From: Rhina ancylostomus
Lineage: Eukaryota
Reading direction: 5' to 3'
Length of the DNA stretch: 64,000 bases
Assembly: GCA_030265395.1 (NCBI GenBank)
Contig: JARFYF010000012.1
Span: 30,503,036-30,567,035 of the forward strand
Shown here: positions 12,701 through 27,700 of the stretch, one piece after another
Layout: each line of letters begins with the position of its first letter
Position numbering within the stretch: the stretch's first letter is position 1
Position numbers and translations under genes: made by a program
Notes under the pieces: generated by a model
Databases searched by the model: none
What the model was told of the DNA's origin: nothing
Seen by the model: only the letters and a program-made list of their open reading frames with translations

Positions 12701-15700
12701 TCAACATTTCACTGTTCCCTTTAAACTTAAAGTAATGATGCAAAAGCATACATATGCTCTCAAATCATAGATTGTAACAGCTACAGCCAGAAATATTTGC
12801 AGAGGACTGAAGCTATGGAATTTTTTTGTTCCCCCTGCAAAGCACATAAGATATGGAAAATTAATTACTTTTAAAAATAAAACTCCACAATTTAATAGAA
12901 TAAAAATCAATCATCCAACTCTTTTAATGAGGACACACTACCATTACCCATCCAATAGGAATCAGCACAAACTGATGTTTCATAGACAGAGGTGGTAATA
13001 TCTGGTTTAAAAATATACAGGTAATTTACTTACAAGAGCACCTTCCAGTTTGAAGATTGCTGCAGCCCCTAATTGCCCAGATGGTGCCATTTTTCTTCTC
13101 CATCTTCTGCGTCTGTAAGTGTCCGATTTCCGCTGCTTTATGTGAAAGTTCCAGCCAATCAGAGATGCATATTCCCATCCTTCCAAATCCTGGTCAGATG
13201 ACGTACTCTGGAAGTTTGCAGCAAGTTAGAGCCAAAAGAAAAATGCTCCTGTCATCTACAGGTAGTGACATTTTGTTTCTACACTGCTGATAACTGAATG
13301 ATTGGTTTCTGCTTCAAAACGTTTGATATTATTGAACTAGCATTACAATGCACTGTGGGCAGTAATTTTGCACAGATCAGAGGCAATATCAATGCAACTT
13401 ATGTGAAAGGATTTCTTTTTAAAAGAAGAGAGAAATGCAACCTTTTCAAAACAAAATACACCATTCAATTTCAGGATCTTGCCCAGATATGCTTTAGCAA
13501 AACTGGGAGCTTTGGCATTGCTCTGCTTGCAACTTTCAAATAATTTTACCAACACAACACACCTTAGACGATGGCACATTTTGCTGGACGTCCTTTTTGC
13601 GCCTTCGCACCCAGCGTCTGCGTCTATGGGTGTGATACATTTTTTCTGTTGAAACCCAGGATTTGGGTTTGTCATCTGGTGGAATGGTTATTCCATATTC
13701 CCAACCTGTGATATGTGGAAAAAGTAGCATTGTAAATACAAAATTCATCAACCTCCTTATAAAACCTTGAAGCAGTAACAAGCTACACAATCACATGCAC
13801 CAGGAAACAGATCTACTAAGATACTGGTAAACCCAATGAAATGTAGTATTAAGATGGTTAAGTGTGGAATACGTACCTCATTGCCTTCAACAAAATATGA
13901 TGAGCAGAATTCATTATGAAATTCAACACAAGATAAATCAAGGACTACAGATTTGTCATGGTATTTCATACCATGACATCCTGAAACTTCTGTTACCTTT
14001 CATAAAAGGAGAAATTTTTCTAATATCCAGAAAAGGCTCTACAAAATACTTGTTCAATTGTATTTTTATTCACAAAATTAATCGCAGAAAGCAGCCATTT
14101 GGCCCAGAGCCCATACCAGTTAATGTTCAAAACAGAGCCCCACAGTGCCACCCTCTGAATTCTCTCTTTTCAGACTTGCCCCGCTTCTTGAACACTTCAT
14201 TATGACTCAAGTGTTTCCTAGTCCCTAACCACTCACCACAAACAGCTTTCCTCACATTACCCTTTGCTCCGTTAATATTCACATTCAGTGTCCCGTCTTT
14301 CTTGCCAATGGGAATACATATCTACTTCACCTTCACTCTTAATTATTTTAACTACCCATATCAAATCCCCTCCAAAACTTCTTTCCATAGAGAACAACGC
14401 CAGCTTCTCCAGTTTTTCCAACACATTTCTTATTACTGGGTTTGTTAAACATCTCACATCCCCTCTTCAAAACAAACACATCTTTCCTAAAATGGGGTAC
14501 CCAGAACTTGACAACTGTGGTCAAATCAATGTGTGTTAAAAAGATTGATAATAACTTCTTGTATTCTTTGCCTCTATTTTTAAGTCCAGGATCTTGTATG
14601 CCTCTTTAACCACTCTCTCAACCTACCCTCCTACCTTCAAAGTAGACATACTCCCCAATATCTGTTCTTTCCTTTCAGAATGGTGCCCTGTAATCCATAT
14701 TTCATCTTCTCATTCCTTCTAACAGAAGGTAGCATGAAACAAGCTTGTGTGGTATTCCATACTTCATTAACTAAAGAACTTAATATTTCAGCTAATGCCC
14801 TTTGTAAGGCATGGGTTGGTTTGTGCTGTGCATGCCCCTAATATATCCAGCCACATGCTACACAGAATAAACCACCTGGATTTGCTACAATCAGCTATTG
14901 ATAGTTTTCCTGCCTTTCATAAATCTGTCAAGTTTACTATGTTACAGTCAAATACAAGCAGATTAATTTCTTCAAGAACAGAAGTAGAAAGGATTCTTCA
15001 TAAAGTATTCTAAATTGAAGGGTTTTGGTAAATAAGGCAAAACAAATCTCCACTGGCAGAAAAGGGCAATTAACAAAGGACATATCCAGATGCAAAAGCA
15101 TGTGGCAAAACTTAAATAGCTCTTGGATTCAGCACAAATTTCACTGCCCTGTCATTTCTGGGTGCATTTCCCCATCATAAATCAATGAATAAATACAACA
15201 GTACAACACAGGAGATGGCCATTAGCCCCATTAAATCTTCACCAATTCGCCATTCAATTCATTTAATCTCACAGTCCCATATCCTTGGAAATGTTTTTTG
15301 AAGATTATTATTCATTTTATGTCCACCTGATCAAGCATAGCACTCCAGATCATTGCATTAATAAAAATCTTCATAGTTTACCACAATTGTGTCATCTGCA
15401 AATTTCAGAATTATGCTCTACATCAACTCATGAATGCAAATCAAGAAAGTGATCAGGACTGAAGTTTTGGAAAACAAAGTAGTCACTCAACCAACAATTT
15501 TTGACACTTTGACCAACTTTGTATCTTTTTAAAACAAAAAATGTTAACAGTAGTAAAGTCTTGTGTTACTTTTGATGGCCCCAATACTCAGCATTAATTA
15601 CACAGCTCTCATTTGTTACCAGAAAAATTTAATTTGTCAAACAAAAATGGCAGAAGAATGTGTTGAATTGATCAGCATCAAACTAATAGCTTTTATCAGT

Positions 15701-18700
15701 TCAATAGGTGCAACAGAACTCATCAAATCAACAGCTCATGGGCCAATGTGAAAGTAATGATAAAGATCTTCAATTTGTGCAACTAACAAACCCAAAATGA
15801 TGCAGGTAATATTTGTATTCTTTAGCTTGGAATATAGTACATTCCATGAAAACCCCAAATTGGTTGAGGACAATTGTTCAGGGTTTAACAATCAAATTAA
15901 GACTGGGGAAATTTGAAATTGATTCAAATAACATCTATACAAATCAACATATTTCAATGAGTAAATACTTTCAATAGCTCATGCTTCCATTCTACTTCAA
16001 CACTTCTCCAATAATTCCCCACTGACTGCAAATTCTGGGTTTTAAAGTAGTTAACTTCACAATTAGCATTCTAGATCATACAAGTTCTGTTCAGTTGCAA
16101 TGAATTGAAGAAACATGTTCAACTTAACCAAACTAGAATATGTTCACACTGTATTTTCTAGTGTACAGATCAAAACTTCCAGCCTGCATTCTAAAATGTA
16201 TGGATCAAGAATTAAAAAGCAATACAGGTCCTTGCCAGTTTATTGTAAGGTTTCATTCCTGTAATCCATTTGTCACCGGAACAGTTCTCAAGTCAATGTG
16301 ACCACAAACAGAGTTCCCAGGTGGCAGAAGGTACCTGCAGCAGCCAGCAAATCCATCCCACTGGTCTCTCAAACACTTGTCATATGCACGGGCTGTAAAT
16401 AAATCAGCATTTGTAACCTGGAGGGGGCCTGTACAGCATCTTGCTGGTCAGGTGTCGTCAGCTGATCTTTGAAATCTTTGCATATCATGATTTCAAAAGG
16501 ATTTAGAATGAACAGTTAAACATTTGTGTTAGTTACCCAAGCAGAATTGATGTATGCTGAATAAGTTGTAATAACACATCAATATTATTCACTGATTAAC
16601 TTGAACCAGAGCTAATTATTAAATTCATTTTGAAATGAAAACAACAATAATGTTAGCGAGATGAGGTTTAAAAGTGTGGTTGGATTTATACGAATCATTT
16701 TTGAAACTATTATTTCACCCATTACAAATTAACTAGAACAGAGGAAACTGCAAAGACAACCTGGAACAATAAACAAATGGAAACCTGCATCTGCTGTCTT
16801 CCACCCTCTAAGCAAACAGAGAATTATTCCAAAAGTAGGTTGTAAAAATTACCCTGCTCATCTACAGCTCGATTGACATCATATTCCCACTCATCCATCC
16901 AGTTCCAGCCAGCTGGAGGCTCAATCTCTTCTTTTGATGAGGTCTTTTCTCCATTCTATTAAAAAGTTAAAAGCAATGTTTAAGGAACAGTGAATGAATC
17001 AGGATTGGAAACAGCTTTACTTTAATAAATTGGAGCAGACTTCAAATTAACAATGGATTGATTATTACAAACAATTCAAAACAACCACAATGCAAAATAG
17101 CCACAACAGAAGGATTTGCAGATACTACATCAGGCACCAACAAGTGGTTCAGTAGTTCTGACATGGCAATTCAAAATCCAGCTTGCAAGTGGTCAGACCG
17201 CAAGAGGCAATATTGTCTACAAGCATGAAGCAAAGTGAAAGTATTTTGAATGAAAGCAAGCTCTTAGGTTATAACGACAAAACATTTGTATTCTTCACAT
17301 AAATATCTCATCTGGCCCATTGACACTGCTCAGAGCAACTCAGTACATTATATGGCTATAATAGTGCATGGGTGAATCTTGAGTCACATTTTCAAATCAC
17401 TGCAAGTTGAAGAGTTCACGGGATTTGAGTCATTAAAAGTACACAAGTGACTCAGGAGTCAAACAAGCTTTATTTGCTCAGTTTTTGCAGTGTGGGAGCT
17501 TGCACCATCTTGGAACTTGTGCCAAACCAGCAAACTTTCCAAGTATCCCACTGTCTAAAGCAAGACTCAAAATTGAACTCAAAATTAAACTCAATAATCC
17601 AGTGTCTTCAAAAGGTAATGTTACTAAATGTTAGTTAATTATGGATGGAGAGCACACGAGACTGTACAAAGCAACCCTCAAACCATGTTCAGTTGGTACC
17701 TTAATTAACTGGAAAATCAATAATACAATACACACCACATCAGTAAAAGGCTCCTTTGCCAATTTCCATTCAGCTCCAGGATATCGTGAGTTATTTTCAT
17801 AAACTTCATCAATAAATTCCGTATGACCAGCATCAGCTTCTGTTAACAAGCTTAAAAATAAAATGAGCCACATTAATGGTGTACTCTGTATGAAACGCAA
17901 ATGATCCGTCTCTTTCCTTCCCTTCTCATTGGGTTTGCTTACTAATCTCACTATTGGGTTTAAATGAATACACAGTCTCAGGTCCTGGTTGTTGGTGTAG
18001 AATTCTCTCTTTTTGCCTCCTCAAATGGATGACTCATCATGACCAAGGGAAAATTCAGGAATAACTAGGTACTGGAAAAGTATTTTCTCCTCCTCCCAAC
18101 CAGGGTTGATAGAAACCAGTGCTACTTGGGGGTTTGAAAGCTACCACTGTAATGATATTCCAAAGTCACATGGAAGTGCAATTTTGCCAAAAGGGAATTG
18201 CTTCAGAACAACTGCAGCATTAAGTTAAAATAACATCCATATTGAAGTGAGTCTGGCCTCAGCACCTTAAGCTAGGTGAGAATCTCACCTTTCGGTCCAC
18301 TATTGGACAGCAGGTCAGCCTCTAGCAAGAGTGCATGTTTCCACTCACCATCTACACCACAGAATTGAGAGGATCCAATGATTAACAACTTGCTCAGAAT
18401 TAGTGCAGCTATTTAAATCCAGTATTCTGTTTGCTTTGGGCAAGAGTGTTCTTTAAAAAAAAATCAAAATTTTACATTTTTTTTATATTTGGCAAAATGC
18501 ACTTCAGCTGAGTTTTGGGAGATGCAGTACAATAAGGTTCAAAATCTTTTCTCAGGTAAGGTTTTAGGGATTAGGGCAGGAGGGGAGGGGGTGGTTCAGA
18601 AGACGAAGGAGAAATGATTGCATGGTGCTGATCTGTACCAGACTTAGAGCACGATTTTTTAATACAAATCATTTATCATCAAGATTCATGAAGTTCTCCT

Positions 18701-21700
18701 TACGTGGGAAGAACAGTAAGAAAGCATCTATTTTTGTTTCTATGACACCCACATTCTGCCCAGAGTAATTCCTGCTTGGCTATGATCCTTTCTCTCTTGC
18801 ACCCTCATAGGATGCCCATAATCCCATATGTGCAGAACTCAAGCTTCATTTATTATTCTTCATCTGCCCTCAGCCCCAATTCAAACTCTTCGAATTTTAT
18901 TCATTCTTTCTTCCATTATATTCCACTGTTAGACATCTTATCTACATTCACCAAGGTATTGGAAAGGCAGTGCCAACCATTTACTGTCTGAAAGCTTACT
19001 CAAATTTCTCTTCAGTTATGATTCAAGTTAACATTCCCCAAACTCAGCTACAATAGTTAAAGAATCATTACCCACGGGAAGAAGCCACTTAGCTCATCAG
19101 GACTATACTTGTTCTCCATAAAAGCTATTTAGTTAGTCCAATTCCCTAGCTCGCTGTAGTCTTGCGACATTCCTTTAGATTGTACTCTATCTATTGCCTT
19201 TATTTATTCTTCCTTCCAAAATACAATATTTTGCATCTGAGATCATTTTCATCTGTCACATGCCTGCTCATTCCTCATCATTTCCTCCTGGATAGTAGAG
19301 AAACCAAGGACTGCAGATACTGGAATCTAGATGTGGCCCCCTCTACATTGGAGAGACCAAATGCAGTCTAGTTGACCATTTTGCAGAACACCTGCGCTCT
19401 GTCTGTAAATGTGATCTGCATCTCCCTGTTGCCAGTCATTTCAACTCCCTCTCCACAGATAAGTCAGTCCTCAGCTTCCTCCACTGCCAGGAGAATTCCA
19501 AGCGCAAACTGGAGAAACCGCACCTCATTTTGTGTCTTGGAACCTTGCAACCTAGTGGCATAAGCATTGAATTCTCCCACTTCAAGTAATCCCCTCATCC
19601 ATGCCTCTTTCCTTCCCTTTCCTAGCCTCTCTCTTTCTACACCTTTCTCCCCCTCTCCTTATCATTAACCCATCCCCCAGTGGATCTGCTCTCCTCTCCT
19701 GCACTTGCCCATCACCATATCTTACCTGCATCTACTTATCACCACTTTATACCCACCTTGCCTCCCCTCTTTTGCCCACCTATCACTGCTCTGCTTTCCC
19801 CTCCTATAAATTAGGCTTCCCCTTTTCCTATCTGTAGTCCTGAAGAAGGATCCTGACCCGAAATGGTGACCGCCTGCTTTTCTCAGAGGACGATGCCTGG
19901 CCTGCTGAGTTCCTCCAGCGTCATAGTGTTTTTCATCCTCCTGGACCTTGGACTTCCTCCTCATCTACCACACTTCTAACTTGTGTATCACCTCTAAATT
20001 TTGTTATGCTGCCTTCTATACCCAAGGCATTAATATACAATCAAAAAGCTGTTCTAGTACCAATCTTCGGGGAACACCACTGAATATCTTCCAGTAGCTC
20101 AAGAATAATAATTTACCATCGTTATTTCTGGTCACGAAGTCACTTTTATATTCATGCTCTTGCTGCCCAATTTTTCCATGGGTTGCAGTTTTGTTGAATA
20201 GCTTATTATGAGAAATTTTACTAAACATCTTTGCAAAGTCCATATACACAGCTTCAACTGCATTGCTCTCAAAAAAACAGTTGAATTAGTTAAGAATGAT
20301 TTGCCTGCAATATATTCCTGCTGGATTTTCTTTATTAATCCACACTTGTACAAGTGACTTAACTTTTGACCCCATCATCTCTTAACAGTTGCCCCAGCAC
20401 TGAAAATTAAATTGATAGACTTGCATTTGCCAGATTTTTACATTTGTTATGATGAGTGCCAATCCTGTAGCTTTCAGACACCACTGCTAAATCTGGGGAG
20501 GATATGAAACTTGCTCATTAAAGCTGCCAGATTGATCTAGATGCCTTAAAAAAGTGGTAGAGAAATGCAAATAGTTACACAAAAGCTACATGAGAAATAC
20601 CAGTGGCTATTGCTGTAGTGCATCTTGTGGTCTGCTGCCACCAGCTGACAGTACACTAGTATCAACAGTAGTTTCAAACTGCACACAACTCAAGCACACT
20701 GGTAAGCCCAGTTAATGTGTGCCCCCTTCTGGTCAAAAATTAAGTGCAACCACAGGAGGTGGAAAATGTCTCACAAATTCGATAAAGTGCTAAAGGGAAA
20801 TACCACCACAGTGCCCAAAAGTGTGCAGTCAGCAACAAAGCAAAACCCACTGACCTTTTACGGGGCAAAGGATGGGGACGCTCAAAACAAAGACCTAACA
20901 ACGTCTGGCAAGATTTCTTTGTTGTAAATAAAAGAGGCCATTCAGCCCATAGACCATGCTGGCTCAGATCAAACTCATTCCCCCACTTATTCTCTCTCAT
21001 ATACCCTTCAATTCCACCCCGATTTTCCCACCACCTCTATCTTCTTTAGCCTACCAGCACAGATCCACATTGAGGGCAATTTACAGTAGCCAATAAATCT
21101 ACCAACCAGCATATCTTTGGATGTGCTAAATAGTGCCATAAAAGGAATTAAACATGATTTCTCCAGTGATGGTAAATGGATTAGGCAAACTAATAGGACT
21201 AAAGGCTTGCACCCTGGGATATAGCTATTGAGACAGTGGAAGCTTCAAAAAAAAACCCTTAGATTCTGGAGAAGTACTAGAGGTTTGGAAAACTGGCAAT
21301 CTGAAATTCTCATCCAAAGCATGAGGCAAAAAAATAGGCAACTATAGGTCATTTAAATTTTTTTTAAATTTTATTTACAGCGTGGTAACAGGCCCTTCCA
21401 GCCCAATGAGTCAGCGCTGCCCATTTTAAACCCAAATTGACCTACCCGTACATCTTTTAGAATGTGGGAGGAAACCGGAGCACCTGGAGGAAACCCACAC
21501 AGACACGGGGAGAAGGTACAAACTCCTTACAGACAGTGGCGGGAATTGAACCCTGATCGCCAGCGCTGTAATAGCTATGCTAACGGGCCGCCCCCAATTT
21601 AGCCTAACGATTATCAATTCTAACAAGTTTCTAACAATATAGAAGTACTAGCAGCACAATTAGGAAATCAATCCAAGCAATCAGAGTCAGCATGGCTTCA

Positions 21701-24700
21701 GGAAGGGGAGATCACATGTGATAAATCTATTAAGAGTTTAAGGAATTCTTAACCAGACTACATAAAGTGGAACAAATAGATGCATTGTATTTTAACTCCA
21801 GAAGGCATTCAACAATGTGTCTCACAGAAGTCACAAGAGAGGATCCCATGATGTTAGATGGAATATTGGCAATGAAGAGAGCACTGGCTCACAAGCAGGA
21901 AGCAGCAAGTGGAGATAAGGGTTCATTGTCAAGTTGGTAACCTGTAACTAGTGAGGTACCATAGGGATTAGTTCTGGGACCACAACAGTTTACAACAACA
22001 CCTTACTAACTTGAGAAAGGAAGATAAAGGCATGGTCAGCATATTTGTGGATGACAAAAAAAGTGGAAAGGAGGAGAACTGAGAGGAGCATACAAACACA
22101 GTTTACCAGGAGCTATTGACAAGTTAAAAGAATAGGCAAAAAAAAAAATTGTCAAATGGTGTATAATGTGGAAAAATGCAAAGTTATTCAATTTGGATGC
22201 AAGAATAGTATTAGTGAAATGGAGAGGATTTTTTTTTGAGGAAAGCTGCAGCACAACTGATTTGGGACTTCTTGTGCGTAAAACTTAAAGTCAGTACACA
22301 AGTGCAGCAGATAATATAAGGCTATTGGAACCATGGCCCTAATTTCAAGGGGGTTAGAGTAAAAAAAAGTGAAGTCTTAGTGCACTGTACAAGGCACCAA
22401 TGAGACCACATTTAGAATATTGCAAGGAAATTTGGTCCCACTGTTTAAAGATATTATTTCGTTGGAGGCAGAGCAAAGAAGGTTCAATAGGATAACATTG
22501 GGTATGGAGGGATTGCCCCATAAAGGCAACGCCACTGGTGTTTAGAAGGATGAGGTGATTTTTTTTTATTTTTATAAAAAAAGACAGGATTCTTAGGGAA
22601 GAAGTGGAAGTTAAAGTAAAATAAAGGGTCACACATGATTAGTTTTGGGTTTTATATGCCAGTGAGAACCAGAATTAAAGATGAGGAACCAATGTGGTAT
22701 ATTTGGATTTTCAGAATGCTTTCAACAAAGTCCCACACAGGAGGTTAGTCAACAAGGTTAGAGCACTTTGAAATCAGGGGAGAAAGAATTGGTTGTCAGA
22801 TAAAGCAAACAGTAGGAATGAATGGATTATTCTCAGGTTGGCAATCTAACTAGCAAGGTACTGGAGGAAATCGGTACTTCAGCTCAAGATTTTCACAATG
22901 TACACATCAACAATTCAGCTGAAGCGGCTACGTCACATTTCCAAGTTTGTTGCAATACTAAACTAGGTGGGGTTGGAAGTATAGAAGAAAATCTAAAAGG
23001 CTTTGGGAGACAAGTCAAGTGTGTATGAGAATCCATAAGTGTTACATAAATGGGAGGAAGTTAGTATTTGGAAGAGTGGGGTTCACAAATGTGAACTTGC
23101 ACATGGATTCTGAAAACAGTGTTAAGGGACTAAATGGTAGAATGGGCAGGTGGGTGAAGGTAGAGTTTCTCTAATAAAGGCAGGCACAGATATGATCGGC
23201 CAAATTGCTTCCTACTGCACTAATCATTCTGCGATTCTAGAACAAATACAACATTTGGAGTGCTGTTTATTTTGCCCTTAATGCAAGTAGACCCCTGCTT
23301 GTGTTTGGGGAAGGGAAGATGAGAAATTAGTGAATAAAAATGAACTAACTTTTAAATATGTCATACACATACATGCATAGTCTGGTCAAAGATGCAAGTA
23401 GAAAGCAAAATATTTCAGTTTTTCTTCTGCAAGTTATTTCCATATTTCAATCACATTAATTATTTGGCATTAATTTACATTGATAAAAGGTCTTACCTTC
23501 TTTCAGGATCAACAAACCAGTCATCTTCCCATTCCCAGCCTTTTGGAGGCATGAAGCTCTCTTTTTTCAGTTTTATTTTACCAGTCACATCAGAAAACTT
23601 GTGGCGTCCCACAAGCCCACTAGTGCCCCATTTTCCCAGCATCTGCATTTGGTTTTCGTACTGCACACATACGGAAAAAACAAAAATCAAGCTTAAATGA
23701 GGCAGGTAGTAATATTAGAACAACTCCGAATGTTGCATGAATACAAAATATAAATTTAAAGGTATTTGGTGCGGGCAACAATCATTAACTGAGTGGGATT
23801 AAACAAACTTAAACATTTTTTAAAATTAAAGTGTCAGTGACTGGTCAAGCACAAATATGTTAACAAAACTGAACTCCGGAAATATTAAAAGCCAAGACTG
23901 TTGACCAAAATGTATTAAAATAAGCATAGCATTTTAGTGAGCTGTTCCCAGACCACCACAAAACCACTTTTTAAATACTCCTTCCTTTTGCTGTGAGGAA
24001 GTGACTTTTTACTACCCATTACAACAGGGTCAAAAACATGTTCAAAACCACATTTCACAAGAGGAAAGATATTAGCAATGACAATATAACCATAGTGCTT
24101 GGATTAAAAACATCATAAATCACACCATCAACTAACATATTGAAAAAGGATGCAAAGCCAAATTTGACAATTATTGAGGCATCACAAGGAAGATACCTGC
24201 TGGAGCCTTCCAGAATCATATGCTCTACCTCACATAGGAAGTACTGAGTCCCAGCGAGACTTCAGATTATCACTGGTACAAAACACAATTTCTGCATTTA
24301 AGTAGATGAAGTGGCAGGAACACCAGGAGATGTACAGGGCCTTCATCAACCTGACCAGAGCCTTCAACTGTCAATGAGGAGGTTTTGTGGAAATTCATGC
24401 CAAAGTTAATCCAACCAAACAAATTTCAGTGTTGCAAGATGACTTGATGACTGCCTTCAATATACAGTAGATCTACCAGACAAATTTATTATCCAAATGG
24501 GCACAAAGCAGTTGTGTGCTGGGATTCACCCACTATTTCCCTAGCAGCTATGANNNNNNNNAAAACAAATGTAAATGTCTGCTACAGGACAATTGCATCC
24601 AATAGTTCATTTGCCAGAAACAAAGCAACAATAATCAGGCTCCAGCACACTAATGATTTTGTTGTAGTTGCACAAAACAGGGACTACCAGTAGCCCACAT

Positions 24701-27700
24701 CCAAATATCCGAAGCTTACAAAAGCCAAGGAGAAACAGCAACCTACTCCAAGTCCAGCATTCAGACCCAGCAATGACGCACTTCAACATTAAGGAACTCT
24801 GTCTATTTTAGCAACCCTCTTTCCCAGGCAGGGGAAACACGGGCATTGACATACACCACAAAATCCTGTGTGCTGTCCTTGCCTTCAGTAGAGTGGCTAG
24901 CATGAAGTTTAACACAATCAGAAACATACCAATTTTCTAGTTTAGCAAGTAAAACTCTCCACTTGGGCGACTTATAGAAAACACCTGAAAAAACAGCAAT
25001 GCTAGCATCAGCTTTTTCTCTGCAAGAACTTCCAAGTAAATTGGGAAAATCACTGCACTTAAAACATCAGTGAACTTCTACAGGACAGATTCAATGCAAA
25101 GACTGATTATCCAAAAGCAGCCGAGATGGAGTGGGCACTACATTCACAGCTTCCAGAACAATTGTTGCACGCCCAACTCACCAATACAGAAGGAAAACTG
25201 GAAGATCCAAAATGATGCTCTTAAACACCCTCAAGACAAACCAAGTACCAACATCTCATGCTGGAAGTCATTAACCCAGAACAAAGCTTCCCACCATTAA
25301 CGTAAATCAGGAGGGAGCATCCATCTCTGAGGAAAACTGTCTCACCTGGTTAGAAGTAAAATGCAAAAGTAGTACAGATGACCATCTCATAGTAATAGTA
25401 GCCAAAATCTACCTTCTCACCAGATCTGTAATTTTAGCCAATGGGTCTTTGGATCTAGGATCAGATGCTTCAGGCCCCATAAAACAAAACCTATAGGTGA
25501 TTATCCTTGACCTCCAACATGAGAGCAACTTCAGTCAGGTCTACCAAATCATTTTACATTGATCATGTTGGAATTCAGAATCCCACTGTTCCTCAATAAG
25601 CACTGAAAATTACTCTTCCTGCTAATTCAACACTATTCTTAGTTACGCGAGGGGACAATTGCCTAATAGCACAAGATTGACTCAAAACTGCAATCACTTT
25701 CACCGGGGAACCAGTCATTTGCATTCAAGCTACAGACAATTTCATGCAATGCTCAAGGGAATTAATTTGTATGTAAAAGCAACAACCAATTTTTTTTTAA
25801 TGAATGAACACAAATTTAATACTCCTGCTCCGAACTCTTGCTCCACCATTTAGTAAGATTATGGTTGATCTGAATGTTGCCTCAACACCACGATCCTGCT
25901 TACTAGCATTTCATCCCCTTGACTCATCAACAGTTTATCTAAATATGCCTTACAAATATTCAAAGACTGCTACCGACCATTCAGGAGCAGAGTCCAAAGA
26001 GTCACGACCCTCCAGAGAATAAAAAACTCTCAGCTCATCCTGGTCTTAAATGGCAAACTGAATTTTAAACTGATTCTCTGTCCTCCCACAAGCAGAATTA
26101 TCCTCTCCATGTCCACCCTGTCAAGTCCACCTCTGGATCCATACGATTCAAGTCACCCCTCATTCCAAAACAACTGTGCCCTGCAACATAATTTGTTTTT
26201 CTGTCCACAAATGCTACCTGATCTGTTGAGAATCTCTGGCTTCCTGGTTTTATAAACAAAAAATAAACATGCTACTGGCTTACCAACTCTGAAAATACAC
26301 TGAAGTTCCCTTCAGAAAAGCTATTGAATTTTTTCTCCACAGCTGAAAGTCCAAGCCAAAAGCGAACACGCAACTGAGTTGGTATTTTAGAATTTTTGCT
26401 TTTGTCTTCCACGTACTAGAAGAAAGAATAAAAGGATTAGACCAAATATTCTTCAGTGAAATCTGACACTCAGAATTTTAAGCAATCAATTATGATCTTT
26501 AATTCCTTAAGTTGTATCAGTCTTCAAAGTTCAGTCACTTGTAATAAACCTGTAATATAGTAGAGGCTACATGTAATATTAGATTTCCATTGATGCAAGT
26601 GAAATCACACCATGAAAACATAGAACAATGTATGTTTAATGCAAGTGATAAAAGAATGAATTCCTATCCATTGGTTTTCAGTTAGGTAATGGGCATTGGT
26701 AAGCCCACAAATCCAAACCATTGATCAATGCTTTATCAATGATGGAGCATTGATAAAGCAATGCTCCATCAGCATTGCTTTAGCTTTGCAGTCATTTGCT
26801 CCATCCTCCCTGTAATCCGACTGCAGAATCTTGTCCTTTTCTCTGTTTATAACTTGACGTCAAGGTACAGGATTAATATTCTGGAACTGCACCATGAAAT
26901 CCTTGAACATGGCACCTGGGAGGCCAACCTTCCTGGAATAAGATTCGTGGCCACAGAGATAACCATCAGATCCCCACCTATTAAATCCCCTAGAAGTGTT
27001 GCTTTTGTTTCTTCTGCCCACAATCTGTACAGCCATCATGCATCTTTGTCTTGATTACTGGGTAATGCTGATTGTCCATTGGTGAATAATGCAGAAAACT
27101 GCTTTTCATTGCCCTTAAATTGATAACACTAAAGTTGCTGAATATGTGAAAACATACTTGACTTCTGATTAACTGCTATATTTGAGTAACCAACACCAAC
27201 CGTTCCCTATAGATGCTGGATCGGAAAGCTTAAGAAAATTGAGATTCAGCTTTTCAGTAGCTTGATTTTGAACTCAAAAGCTGGTTCCCAGCACTACCAC
27301 CCCCACATGGTCAATGTTGACAGGCCAAGAACCACTTACGATTATTATTATTATTGGGGGGGGGTGGTTGGGAAGAAAAAAGGTGATGGTGAAAAGTTGG
27401 GACCTGAAATTCTCTTTTACATAGCTTTTTTTCATAACTCAATATGTCCAGTTTGAAAATACTAAATTATATACTTCAAATTTTATCAAAGTCGATTTGT
27501 GACTTTCATGAAACTGAATACTGTATTCCACTACATACAACTTTTTCCACAAGATTCAACAGTATGAAGAAATGAGATAAATCACTGGAAGTTTTAGTAT
27601 ACTACAGGCACCTGAAGTGCCCAAATTCTTTTATTTACTAAAAGAAGGATACAAGGTGTTAATTATTTGAAGAGAAAGCAAGGAAAGAGGGAGTTAAAAG

